Source: Haplodiscus bocki
Taxonomy: Eukaryota
DNA: 64,000 nt
Assembly: GCA_965655095.1 (NCBI GenBank)
Contig: OZ296648.1
Span: 54,002,001 to 54,066,000 of the forward strand
Direction of reading: 5' to 3'
A model generated the notes under the pieces. The model was not told the DNA's origin. It worked only from the letters and a program-made list of their open reading frames with translations, and ran no database searches. Positions 25,314 to 38,774 of this stretch are shown piece by piece. Every line of letters begins with the position of its first letter. Position 1 is the first letter of the stretch. The translations under genes were made by a program, and so were the position numbers.

Positions 25314-28300
25314 GTAAGATGTAACGTCATGTTTTCCAAGCTTTATTACTGGAAAGAGAAAACTTCAACGAATTGAACAATCTAAACTTGTACCTTCAGC
25401 AAAGTATGAAATAGTTCGTGAAATTTATCTTCACCTAAAATGTTTTTGAAAATCCTATTTTTGAGATTTTTTGAAGCCTTTTTACTTCTGAAAGTTGACG
25501 AAATTTGCTGAATTATTCGCTGGATCCACAATTCGTTATTGAGGTGTTTTCTAGCTAAAATAAACTCGAAAGTTGTTTGGAATACTGTTTCAATATACGC
25601 ATGTATCAATGATACCTCTCGTATAATAAGCAATGGATATATGCATTATAAATTGTGAAAGTTATATTTAAAAGAGCTATTTTTTGGGAAGTGCCTGATT
25701 AAAAACGAAGTGCATTGGAAACATCTTTAATAATAGCTTGTAAAGAGTACAAAAGCTTTTTTTTTTCAATATTTAATCATCGTACTATTTTGAAGTCAGA
25801 ATAGGGCTTTAATACACCATCTGCCCAAGAAAAATTTCGAGTATTTTTATTATCTTTATAAAAGAGAAATTAGGCGATAATTTATAAAATCATTAAACAA
25901 AATTTAAATTCACGTGAAAACTTCCTCTGAAAGAACCTCACCTTAGCAAGAACTTGACATCACTCAAATTTTAATATAACAGGTGAATTTTACTAATTCG
26001 ATATTTATTTCCTATAAATAATGTAACAATGGCCAAGTTATTGGGAAAAAATTACGCAAATTATTGCTGCAATGTTCAAAAGATTTGCTTTAATTTTTTT
26101 ATTTTCGTATTTTCCAGCAGTTTAATTTGCATAAAATATGTTTCGTGTGTACGGGAAAAGCATATTGTTGAGCACATAGCGGGTACTTCAAAAATAAAGT
26201 AGGAAATAATGAACTTTTTTGCGATACTTACAAGAAACATTTTCCAGCTAAGCGAGAAACCATAAACGAAAAAATTGAGTTAATCAATTTAATCATTGCA
26301 AATCAGGCGCCGCATGCTCATAAATTGATAAACTTGAGACCAACGGATGTTCTTACTGCACCACCAGTTTTTCATGCTTTTAACGATTTGCGACATTTCA
26401 TCTAGAAGAAAAGCGTTTCGCTTGAAGCAACGATTTTTCAATGAAATATTTATTCAAAGTGTTTCCTGTTTTTCAGAAGTCTTCCTATCACACTTTGTCG
26501 AGCCTGATTTAAGGCTCTTTGATCATCCAAAGTTATTTTTGAGCTAATGCGCGCTCAATAAGCAGGCGCCGTTGAAAATTCCAGCTTCTCTGCAAAGTTT
26601 TCAAACTGATTAATTTTCTCTTTCTCCCTGATTTTTGTCTCCATTTTTTGCCATAAAATCAAAACAGTTGTATCTCCATTTTATTTCTAAACTACTCTCC
26701 GCTGCTCTGAATTATGACTGCTGCTCCAAGAATGGAGATTTTTGGGCGCCCCTCTTGTCAATGTTATTGATAACTTCCCACCAATTCCTGAACTTTGGGA
26801 GCTTCGTTTGCTGGAACTGCCTCTGATTTCGGTTTTTGGTCGCCATGTAACTATAATAGAGTTCGAGTTTTTAGTTTTTTCTTTCAGTAAAAAAACTTTC
26901 AGATTGTTTTTTTAGTTTTGAGCGATTTCTATAAACTGGAATATTTTTATATTTGTCAAACCACAAGCAAGTGGTCACTCGAGTGCTTCTAGTTGCGTAG
27001 AAAAACAGGCACCAAACATGAAGGTTGATGGTTCCAATCCCGCTAATAACACTAGTTTTCTCCAGTGACCAAATTTCGTCACCGCCTCAAAATGAACCGT
27101 TTTTCAATCGATCAAAAAAAAAAACAATCGTCCTTTGAAGATTGCTGATTTTATATAATGTTGAGATTAAAATTTGGTCAGGAATGAGGTTGGTGAAAAG
27201 CGAAATCAGTTTTAATACCAATTGGTAAGGGGTTAAGAAGTTATCTGGTTGCTATTTTCAATAATGGCCAACTTGAAGTTCAATTGACTAATCCGATCTT
27301 ATTTCCCTACAGCCTTGTATTAATTTATCAGCCAGCTTAGTTCCTGATTATAACTTGTCAATTTTTGTATTATAAGATGTAAAGTCAGGAACTGCAGAAC
27401 AATTAAGGTTTATGTAACAACATGTACTCTATTTATTAGACAAATTGTACTCAACAAAAGCTATGGAAAAGTAGGACTACGGAAATAATTAAATTTGCTT
27501 CATTCAATGCCCTATTATTTATTTTTCGAGTAAGATTGTTGCCATGGATTGCCGAGCTGTAACATTTATTTAGATAGGTTAATTTGCGCTTTTTAGATGG
27601 CAGCAATAGATTATATCTATGATACTAACTCCTAAAAATCGCAGTAGTTGAAATTGGGTTTCAACCGAGATTATCTGAGTGCAAAATAGATTTACCAAGA
27701 TTGCAGTTACCAAAAAAGCAGAAAAAAGCAGAAATTTCTTTCAGTTTCATCTGAAGAGTTTTTTCTATGCGGTAATCAGATGACGTAATTAAGTGAATGA
27801 CGGGCTCCTATGCCTAAAGTGCTGAGTTCTTTCTCCATTTGTGAAAAAAGATCACCGAGAACAAAAATTAGTTAGCGGTTGTTTTTATGCGGGGAAGAAG
27901 AACGTTTCTGACGCGTTCCAATTTTACAAGTATTGAACCGACGTCCTGATAATTATAACTTATGAATACAACTGCGTATTAAAATATTTTATAAACGTCA
28001 CCAAAAATCCCAACGCAGCGTTATGATATGTTTTCATTTTATTCGAAGCTGTGTAATCAGCAAATTTTGGTAATTGGCAGCTTAATCATTTCCTGGCTCT
28101 AGATTGTATTTTTTGGAAAAAAAATCTACTCGTTAATCAAACATTCGCCAAAAAGAAAGTACAGCTTTCCGTCATTTGAGTGAATCAGCAAATGCAGAAA
28201 AACTAATTTTTAAATTGCTTTCATCATCGATTTGGGGAAGCCACCAAAAGCCTATTCAATCATTCACATCAACTTCAAACCTTTCTAAACTGTGAGGGGA

Positions 28301-29616
28301 AGATCTCAATCCATGATTCAACCCCTTGTTGACTTGCTAGATCGAATTACCACTTTTGGGTGTCTTTTCTTTCAAGGTGCTTATGAGTCATGGAAAGGGC
28401 GTTGAATCACGTTAAAATTCTCATAAAAACCATCACCAGTGTGACATTTTCAATTATCATGTATTTTCATCTCATTCAACCTGTTTTGCCCCAAAAATGG
28501 AGGTTTTTGTTGTCCGGGTTGGTGTATGCTCTACGTAACCTTCGGATCTAATGGTTTTTCTCACTAGTTTTTCTGCTAATTAAATTTAGTTTTTCTGAAA
28601 ATGAGAATATCTTTGAGAAATTGTTTTTGCCTGTACCGGTTGAACAGAATGGTTTCCAACAAAATTGAAACATTTTAAAGGTAAATACTGGAAAATGGAA
28701 TAAAGGCTGCCTATTTAAATGATAGATGCTGCGGTTTGAATTATGTTGAGAACTGAATTTTCCAAAATTATGTTGACTTTTAGTTCGAGGTGAAGTTTCA
28801 AGAAATTCTCTGCAGCTGCGCTTCCAATATATCCACTGCATTTTTTAACGCATTGCCCGGACTTTATGTTTACAACAACGCATAAAAAGTTGTTTGCGTG
28901 CAATTTTAAAATTTTACGCTTACAACCTTTCTTGTAGATGTCCGTCACCTTCTTTGACGGAATATTCAAATATCAAAATCTGGTACCTTAATTCGATCAG
29001 AAATGCAAGAGATTGGCATGGCCATTTGGCGATGAATGGGAGGATTGCTACTCGCGCTTTTGTTTTCACTTTTTTCAAATTGATTTTTACTTTTTCAAAC
29101 TATTATCAAACTCCTTGTTTCAAATGTATTTGACTAAAAATGTGTCTTCATTGTGCTGTGCGTATGTTTGATCGTAAACAAAAGTTTTTACACACAAACG
29201 CTGGCGATGTCGGTTTCTGAAACTGACAAGTTATGCTAAGGAGTGCACAAAAACAATTGCGGGAAAAATAATTGTCAAAAATTTTACTCCAAATATTAAT
29301 TTTTATTAGGCTTAGCCAGTACAATTGTTTATTTTTAAGTAGCGAGTAACTGCTACAAAATATTATTTTCAGAATTTAATGTTGGAACGGAAAAAAACAC
29401 GCAATTTTTAATTAAGTGACGTTTTAGTTGAGTCAACAACACTGTCAAATATTATAGAAAAATTAATCCCACTTGTTTGAAAAACCAGATTTATTGACCA
29501 AGAGATTTTTCATTTTAGAAAAGCTTCTCAGTGACGCATTGATGAATCAAATTTCAAGTCGATTATTTGAAAAATGTTTTTTTTTCTCTGAACCTTTCAT
29601 ATAAAATTATATTGAA

Positions 29617-29983
29617 AAAGGCGGCCGGCTACTACAGGCATATTTTCCGCCCTCCAATTTTGATGAAGATGCCTTTTGAAAGGATGAAAACGTTCTTTTT
29701 TCAACTAAAAATTTTCTATTTTTTTTCAAAAAGGACTTCACAATTAAAGAGGAAAAGACCTTTTCAAGAAATAATATCATTTGATTCCCATTCTACGGCA
29801 AACTTACCACCTTTACCGATTTTGATGAAAATCAGGTTTGTTTTAAAAATTCGGTGATGAAAAATTTTCAAAGTCAGAATCGTCCGGACATTCTGCTGGG
29901 ACAATTGGCAAGTAAACGTAAAAAAACGCACCGCATTGAGTGGATGATTTTCCTTCCAAATTATAAATATGGGTGGAAAATAA
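29617..29983 (-). mobile_element. Helentron/HINE-like element, family A
   Basis: GCCGGCTACTACAGGC hairpin, TATTTTCCGCCC and GGGTGGAAAATA inverted repeats; reverse complement of 22417-22810. Confidence 0.8.
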
Positions 29984-30399
29984 TTCAACTTTTTAGGCGA
30001 CAATAAAAATAGTTTATTTTTCAAGAAAATAATGTGGAAATATATTTTTGCACACCCCTGGTTATGCAGGCTGGCCATCTTTTTGCTAATGAATCTTCCA
30101 AAAGCTGAGAAAAAAGACCAATTATAGAAATTATGATGAAAAGTATGAGTTAAAAAATCGACTACTCTGAAGAAGCATCTTCTTTGAAGTTTTCAACTCT
30201 CGAATGAAAAGAATTCTTTATGTGCGGTTTGTTTTTGAATCTAGGACAAATATCTTATCTAGGGCAAGTACATCGTCAAAAGAACTTGTCTTCGCAATCT
30301 CATCATATACCCATTGCATTTGGGCAACCAATAACATCAAGCAGATAAAACTCAGAGATGATAAAAGAAATATACGAGAATTTCTGTTTTTTTTTCTAG

Positions 30400-30771
30400 G
30401 CCCCATGCTTACAAACGAGCAGATCCAGGGTATCACCATCCTGACAGGGTCCATATCAGTGGTCTTTGTTTTCCTCATCACCATTCTGTTTGTCGTGTTC
30501 TGTTACTACAAAAAGAAGAGAGACGAATGGCATTACAAGAGTTACGGCACAACGGGTGACGTTTCTAGATACAACCCTGACTTCAAGTCCATCGCTGCCT
30601 CAATGCGGTACTCATCAGCCAATCAGAATGCCTCTCCCTCTAGCTACGGGGCTACACTGACACCTAATCAATACCTGTTAAGCAAATTTAATGACAGCTT
30701 TAATCCCAACATGGAATGCAGTCCCTTCCACACAGCAGTCAATTTCTCAGCAGAGCAGCAACGCCTCAAAG
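30400..30771 (+). CDS. Eph: Eph receptor exon: transmembrane helix plus long juxtamembrane region
   Basis: ITILTGSISVVFVFLITILFVVFCYY followed by a KKKR stop-transfer signal. Poly-T CTAG acceptor, AAG|GTACAG donor, phase 1/1. Confidence 0.88.
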
Positions 30772-31096
30772 GTACAGATGACATTTTATTGACCCATTTC
30801 ATTTTGTACAGTACAACTAATGCATACAACACACGTTATAATCTGTCCCTCAATCTAATTCCATATTCAATAAACAAGTTTTGCAATAGTTTATATTCTC
30901 ATCTTGGTCAATAATGTATTCCACCCTTTCAAATATTGGAGATAATTGCGAAATATCCTCTTTTCTCTGAATACGAAAAAATTTCGAATAGTTTTGACCT
31001 AGTTTTTAAACGGGTTTGAGATTTTATCCGATGTAGTCAATTTAAAAATTTTCTTTGACACAAAAATTCAAAATTTGAGATAATTGCTGAACAAGC

Positions 31097-31541
31097 CAAG
31101 ACGCCCGGCTACCACGGGGACATTTGCCATCCTCCAGCTTTGCTTAAAATGCGTTTTAGTTGAAAAAAAGTTACAACAAAATTGAAGCTTTTTCAAAAAA
31201 ATCCTCATTTTCGGTCGAAAAAAGGCATTATATAAAATTATTACCCTTTAACAACCCTTTTCTACAACAAATTTGCTACTTTTTTGTGATTTGAAAATTT
31301 TTCGTACGAAATCACATTTTTGTTTCAAAAAACCTATATTTTGGTCGATAAAAAGCGTTCTGAAGAAATATTACTGTTTGAGACTCATTCTAGAGCACAT
31401 CTGCTGTAATTTGGTGCTAAAAAACATCAAAGTTGGAAATTGTGCAATTTTCCTGAATCTTGCAATTGGCAAGTAAACACGAAAATCGCACCCGGCGAGA
31501 AAAATGTTGCTTCCGTTTTATAAATATGCCCTGTAAAATAA
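31097..31541 (-). mobile_element. Helentron/HINE-like element, family A (diverged)
   Basis: CAAGACGCCCGGCTACCACGGGG end and a CAATTGGCAAGTAAAC block shared with the other copies. Confidence 0.65.
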
Positions 31542-32459
31542 AAAAAATAATCGTAATTATGATGAAATTTTTTCAGCAACTATCTCAAATTTTAAAAAGT
31601 GAGAATTACAAAACTGAAACTCAGTTGAATTTCTGTCGCTAAAGCGCATTAACTGCCGAACATATTCTTGTGATGTCAACTGAAAAAAAAGATGAAATTT
31701 AAAGTCGAGATTTTTCATCGTTTACGAAAACAAAACTGTCAAACTGATGAATTAATGGTAACTTGTCTTCTAAAACTTCATGTATATGCTGCATACTGAA
31801 CTTGCTAATTTGCAGTTTGATGCCATAAATTTTTAATGCGGGTTTTTTGTCGAAAATTTCCTGGCTGTTACGCAGGGTTATTTTTTTGAAAAAACCCTCC
31901 AAAATCATTAAAATTCTACAAAATGTTGCACGTCCTAATTAAAAAGAGGGGAACTATCAACAGGAGCAGAACTACAACACGTGGAGAAACCTCTCGGAAA
32001 TTTTTGGTGCGATTACGTAGCCCCCCCTCCCCCCCAAAAAAAATGTTGCAGTTTTCCGTTTCCGATATTAAAATTTGTCGCCGCTCTGCAAAGACGGGCA
32101 GCATCGACGGGGGGTGTGGTTCGTCAAGCATTTACTGAAAAAGGTAAAAGAATTGGATACTACGCGTAGCTGGCGCTGCATGACTGATTGATCTGTATTT
32201 AAAAAAGACCTTTTTACGTTTATATAAGGGAAATTTCACATGAAGATAAATCTTTGTTTCAGGATTTTTTGCGGACTTCTGGCGATTATGCTTACCAACA
32301 GTACTGATGGTGGGCAATTAGTAGAGTACGTGAGACAAAAATTTACAAACACAGTGGTTGCACAGTTCTGAAGACCGCCAGTGGCCTGTATTTTTTAATG
32401 TTAAATTCGATAACTTGAATTCGTCCAAAACTGAACAAAGTTTGACAAAAAAAGACTAA

Positions 32460-32730
32460 AATTATGGCGCTGCCCGGGCGTTTTGTTTATGTTCTTTACA
32501 AATATAGCTTACCCAAAGAAGGCCTACCATTCCCAAATTTCATGCGATCCCAGATCTTTCTTCTTTTTAAAGTTTTGCTCTAATTTTTAAAGGTATTAAG
32601 TGTAATCTCAAAGCCTATAAATTTTCCTTTCTTCTTTTCATGTTTATGACTGACTGATTCAAGCAAACGTATTCGTGACTGACTGACTGGGCGAGGCTGA
32701 GAGCTAAAGTGAACCGAAATGGTCCCTGTT
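32460..32730 (+). mobile_element. Possible DINE-1/HINE-like fragment with a (GACT)n microsatellite
   Basis: GACTGACTG runs followed by a short terminal stem (GAACCGAAATGGTCC) and TGTTT. Boundaries are uncertain. Confidence 0.3.
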
Positions 32731-33146
32731 TATTATCTTTTTATATTCTGCGGTATTGATTTCCCCCAAGCTAGAGTGAGCGTCAGTATTGACTTCTAGA
32801 TTGCAAGAACCTGTGTGTGATAGTCGGAGCTTAGATTCAATTATTCAAGTACTTAGGAGCAACTATTCTCAAATTTGTCACATTATTCGCATCGTGTTTT
32901 CTGCTTTTTCAATCATTCATCACGTGTAAAATTTTTTGATTTCCAAAGTGTAGAAAAACTGCAAAGTATTAGAAGCGTCGAAATTGACCAGCAGACGACC
33001 ATTGTATACTAGTAAATTTTCGACGCGTTGATTAGTCTGCAGTTAATCGACGCAAAGGGAATTTTTACTAATTTCTAATTGTGTTTTTGTCTGCTATTCC
33101 AAATTCTTAGCGCGTAACGCTTTGCACCCTTGGTGCCTTTGCTTTT

Positions 33147-33636
33147 GTTTTCCGCCATATTTGTTTTATGGAAGTAAAATAACAAAGTTAAAGCCTGCGT
33201 TTTTTTTACGTTTACATACCAACGGCACGGTTTCACCAGATTCTGACTTTGTCGATTTTTCATCTCTAAATTGTGGCAAATTTGATGTACATTGTGAATG
33301 ATTTAGGAGGGTTTGTTAAATACGCTTGAAAAAAAAGTTTTTTTTAGTGAGAAATTTTTTGTTCTGAAAAAGAAACAAAACTTTGAAAAACTGTAAAAAA
33401 AGTAGCAAATTTGATGTAAAATGCATTTGAGGGGGGTAAAATTCCTTGAAAACGCTTTTTTCCAACCAAAATTTGAGGTTTTTTGAAAAAAAATCTGAAA
33501 CATTTTGAAATGAGAAAATAGCTAAATAATGCATGTAAAAGGGTTATTCTTTCATTGAAAAACACTTCCCTTCTAAAATGACCCTTGGAGCACAGTTTGG
33601 AGCAAAAATTATGCCGGCGGCATCCGGCCGTCTTGG
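33147..33636 (+). mobile_element. Helentron/HINE-like element, family A (diverged)
   Basis: Starts GTTTTCCGCCATAT, contains TTTACGTTTACATACCAA, and ends GCCGGCGGCATCCGGC(hairpin)-CGTCTTG. Confidence 0.7.
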
Positions 33637-35346
33637 TTGAGTTTCACTGACAGTTTCGTAGAAAGAAATTGTTCATGAGCCATCAATTTTTTCTATTAAC
33701 GTGAGATCCAAATGATTCGTACGTCATTTCTGTCGAAAAATCAAAGTTTTCTTGACCTCGAATTTTCGGGCTGGTATTGGGGAGTGCAAGTTGCTTCTTA
33801 GCAGAAAGTAGTCGCGGGAGCGCATGCACGTATCTAACATGGATTGTGGTACTCTTTGAGAGCTTTCATGTGGTACTTTTTTGGGGTGCTGGATCTTTTT
33901 CCTCAAAGTTTAAAACTATTAACCGATTTTTTTGTACATAAGGTCAAACTTTACGTCCTAACAATTGGGTTTAGCGGCTAGAGAAATAGGTGCAGAAACG
34001 TTGCCCATGATGCAATGAATACGCGTGGAGTGTTTGCTCATTCTCATGTCGCCAGTCGTACTCGTTATAAAAATAATACATGAAGTGGATGACCGTTGAA
34101 TCATAAACTAATTTTGTTAATAGATTTTCTGCTTCTCTACTCGTATACAACATGGTCCGTTCAGGATAGCAGTTTGGGTGTTGCAAGTTTAAAAAGAGAA
34201 GTGGCGAAATAAAATTCGCCCATACCCTCCTCTTTATTGGAAGGATCAATTTGTTCACCTGGGTCTAATCTGGGATTGATTAGGGCTTGTGGGAAAATTA
34301 TCCTGGAGGAATTTGAGAAATGGAAAAACAACGGAGATGTAATGTTAACAACGTATCAATACAGCTTTTCCTTAGTAATCTTCATCATGGCTTCGGGCTA
34401 AATAGTTAAGCGATGAAATTTAGCCACAGTGTTGGTGTCTTAGCGTCCCGGTTTGTCTCCTAATTTTCGTCCATAGATTCTATTCAATCTGCATCCTATA
34501 GGCATGCCTCTAAGTGTGTTTCTTTCTCCTGAAATTAATCAAATTTTAAGTATGTCTGCCTTCTACATTGCTTCCTATTTATCCTTTATTTTTTCTACAC
34601 AATCGTCTCTGAGGCTCTTAATTTCTTTCATTACACCGCACGGGTCAGATTTGTTAGGCATAATGAAGTGAAATGTAAAAACTGGAAGTGAAAAAATTTG
34701 AAAGCACTTTCGATTCTACCCATTTATACTTTTTCTTTTTCCGACTGCAATAAATTGTATGAAATGCAACAAAAAATTATTTTTCACTAAAAGCATTCAT
34801 CGCTTAATTCAGAGATAAGTGTTAAAATGAGTTATTCATCAGAGCTTCATGGACAGCTGTGATATATCAAAGGTGCCGACTACTTACCAGGTTGAAAAGG
34901 TTAAATGAAGGGAATATTAATTTTGAGTCTTTTTCTATTGCGAGATAAGAGTTTTTGAACTTCGGTTTTGATGGGTGGGTTGTACATGATGAATTCATGC
35001 TAGACACACAAACACATATTTTTAAATTTTCAGGTACGATGGTTTGCAACTTGTTATAACTATAGTGATATGTTCGTCAGAAATATTGCTTACTATGTTT
35101 TGTTTTTAACATCCATCGGATGGACGTTTTTACCATATCAGAAGATCTATTAAACTACTGAAACAAGTATCGTGGCATTTTCGAAAACTTAATTTCAGAA
35201 ATGCGAAAGATACTAACGAGTTTTGCTTCAGCAGAGAGGCAATATATGATCCATCAGTCGTATACCCTTGATGAAGATGAAGCGTTAATACAGAATTTTT
35301 TTTTCATTTGATCAATCCAATTGATCTATCGATTTTCATGTTTTAG

Positions 35347-35727
35347 AAATGGGGACAGTCCCTCTGCTGGCATGCAGTGGGGTTGATTTATACCTAGAAG
35401 CATCACAATTCTACGAAACATACGAAAACCTTCTTCTAGACTACTCCCGAGAACTTCCTATAGCTTCGTTGACCCTTAACCCCTCCACACCCCAGTCCCA
35501 GAGATTGAGAGGTCACAAACTGAACGGAAGTTTTGGGCCGGGACTCTGTTCTGAGTCAGGATCCCTGTTAGTGGATGAAAGAGAAGGAAAAGTTGAGAAA
35601 GTGAAAGTGACTGTAATGGGAGAAAATTTGGCGGAAGAGGATTTGAAAATTTTCGCTATTCAAGTCATGACAATGGCCAGTTTTCGACACCCTAACGTTC
35701 TCTTTCTCCATGGAGTTGTAACTTCAT
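35347..35727 (+). CDS. Eph: Eph receptor exon: juxtamembrane Tyr motif plus degenerate kinase N-lobe
   Basis: LYLEASQFYETYENLLLDYSREL resembles TYVDPHTYEDPNQAV.EFAKEI; MASFRHPNVLFLHGVVT resembles MGQFDHPNIIHLEGVVT. TTTTAG acceptor, T|GTAAGT donor just after GVVT. Confidence 0.92.
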
Positions 35728-37267
35728 GTAAGTTATAGCTTATTAACAATCAATATCAACTATTGTTTGAACAGTTTTGATTGCTACAATATGAAAGCCA
35801 TCGAAATTGAGTTTGAACAATGGAAACTATGAACAAAAGTTTTGACCAATAATGCTAAATAAGAGTGAATTAAGATAAATTGACGGTGTTATTGTTTTCA
35901 TTGGACCAACTGAAAAATGAGATTGTAAGAAAAAATAAATTCCAGAACTCCGGAATAGGCATCAAATTTGGAACTGGTTCTAAAAGCACACTTCCGAATT
36001 TCATGGACGGATAATTCGTGATACTTTTTCAAGATGTCCCATACTTTCAATAATTGCATATTTTATATTCCGCCCTCTGTATTTTCCCCAATTTTCTGAA
36101 ATGAAAACACGGTTAATTCTCTCTGAAGTACCTTCATACTTAAAAAAAAAATTGAACAAAATAGAGAGGTACCGAACGCATGATTAAAATTTTGCCTTCA
36201 AGTCCTTTCATGAGGCCTGGGGAATACGCACTTTGAAAAGCGGGCGCCGTTAGCTATAATTAAAATAGCACCAGTGAATTGAGTCAATTTCACTTGTCTT
36301 CAAAACCCCCAAATTGGACAGTGCTTTTGAGGAGGCGACCTTCGTGGGTTGAATAAAATTATGGATTATTATGGCGACCATCTCGCTAATTCCGCAATAG
36401 AACTAACTTTTAATAACTCCAAAAATACTCGACTATGTGGTTGAATAAATCCAATCCCTGGAGAATGCAGCAATACATAAAATGCTTCATTTCAAGGGAT
36501 ATAAATATTGGTTCTAAAATACAAATTACTTTGGTTGCGTGTAACATTTCGATATCCCGGTACAAATTTTGGAGCTCAATTCGAAATTTTTCTCGCCAGT
36601 TCACAGTTTCTTTTTTTTTTAGTTTTGAGAAAAAATGCTTGAAAACAGGTCCAAACATTTCCGATTTGTCTAGATTAACTTTTTTGGGACAAATTTTCGT
36701 TCAAATTACTGAAGTAAATCAAAATTTCACTCAGAACAGGACTTTAGGTCGGACTGAAATTGATTAACTTGAGACGAGCTGTTTCTTGTATCGAGAATCG
36801 ATGAAATCCATAGCCTTTCAATGCCGTGGCGCTAATTTCATACTCTTGCGACCACCAAACAATTTCAATAGAAAACTAAAATTATTTAAACGACCCCAAC
36901 TTTGCAGAATCTTTCTCTTTTCAAATTATTTTTATATTAATTTTTCCGGCTTGTGAACCTTTGTACTGCTTTTAACACTGAACAAGTGGTCGAGGTTATC
37001 ACAAAAACAAGTTCAGAACTGATTTATTTACATTTTAATTTTTTTCCCGAAGAATGACGATTTACATCCCTGAAATAACGACCCAAATTGCGATAATTGG
37101 TTCAACGAAACGAATGTAATTGAATGTTAATATCACCGAAAAGTTGCTTTCGAAGCAGCTTTGCCTAATTTTTGCCTAATTTTGAATTTTCAATGAATTG
37201 CGTATTCAAAATTTTAATTTTTGATGCCCAATAAGGTCGTTTTTAATCGACTTTCGATTTTAGTTTT

Positions 37268-37655
37268 AAAAGACGCCGTCTACATCGGGATATTTTTCGC
37301 CCGGTCTAAATTCAACAAAACTTTCAATCCTTGCGCGACTCAAACTGACAACTTTTGTGCTCCTACCGGGCCCTACAAGAACTACTGCGTTAGCCTCTAA
37401 GCCATCTAGATCTCACCAATGGTCAATATTCAGATTAAAATACTCTATTCCTTTCGGCAATTTTTTGCCTCCTCCAATCAGAATCGAGTATTTGATGACG
37501 TCATGCTATTTATAGTTACAGGTTGCCTCAACCAATCAAAAGCGAGTTTTTGCTCACGGTGCACATGAGTTGATCGTGCAGTCGGTAGATTCTTTGTAAA
37601 CATGAATGTTAAACCAATGATTTTCTTTCCAAACATGAAGTATTGGGCGGAAATT
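37268..37655 (-). mobile_element. Helentron/HINE-like element, family B
   Basis: Reverse complement of 24036-24462 (shared TTAGCCTCTAAGCCATCTA, AATCAGAATCGAGTATT, GTCATGCTATTTATAGT). Confidence 0.75.
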
Positions 37656-38774
37656 TAAAACAAAATGACAATTAAAATCTCGGTTTTGTTGAAATTTCAA
37701 TAGTTTTTTCTTCGTTCAGATCTGGAAATTTTTCATGCAATAAGATCTAAATTAGGAGTACTAGCAAATTTTTCTGCTTGATCGGCAGACTTATTTCTCA
37801 ATCTGTCCAACGCATTTTAAGGATCCGTTCAAGCATTTTCTTGGATCAGTCTCCTCAAAACCTCATCCCCGAGTTTTTCTGCATTTTTGATCAGCATACT
37901 TAGTCAAAATGATTGTCAAATCCTCTAGGTATTGAGAATGTTAACAGAGTAGTCTACTCGAACAGCGCCAAAAATGATAAGTAGTTTCGCTGCCTTAGTT
38001 TCTTGGTGGTGATGATTTTGTGAGGGAAGAAAGAATAAAAATATTAGATCTTACACTATTGGCTTGTGCCTGAATTTCAATTTAAGTCTTTCAGTCTTGT
38101 TTCAGGATCAAATAAACGTATGGATTTCCATTTGACTTCCGGTTGTTTTTTTCACAGACTGTTTTTACTTCATGCTGTTTTTGTGGCATCAGAAAATGTT
38201 TGCAGCTTCGGAATCACATAGAATGAATAATGCAGGTGAGTGAATTTTGCGGACGACTTGATGGACTCACGTAGTTTCTTGATTCGGCATGATTATAATG
38301 ATGTCTTTGCCGAAACACAATCAATGTGTCTAATCGGTATTTTTTTGGTTCGCTTATTCCACTTGCTCCCTTCCTTCGTTCGGCAAGGACGTTAGAAAAG
38401 CTTTGGTAGTTTTAAAAAGCCGAGACACAGTTCCTTTACTCCATTTTTTACAGGATAACTGGAATAACACTAGCGGATTTTTCATCCGACTTTGGCAGCT
38501 TGAAAAACGCTATGTATTGCCAATTTATACGAAGTGTTGACTAAAAATCAGTTTTCTTTTGAAGAAACCTTTTTTTCCGATCAATTTTCTAGAAAATTGT
38601 GACTGAGAATATAGAAATAGACAACGGAAAGGAATTTTCTTTGCCAGAGCAGCTTTTTTCTGTGTTTCATTTTCCTTTGCCGTCGAAAATTTTTTCTGAA
38701 AACAAAATATTCAATGCAGTAGCCGATGTTTTTTTCTATTCCTGATTTTGCCCATGACGCGCAGAGTCCTTGGC

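Noticed and set aside
30204-30914. 236-aa ORF as a stand-alone gene
   Set aside because: Only 30400-30771 lies between splice sites; the flanks are intronic read-through.
38158-38235. Exon-like segment (CACAG acceptor, CAG|GTGAGT donor) as the next kinase exon
   Set aside because: The in-phase translation shows no similarity to kinase subdomain V; left unannotated.
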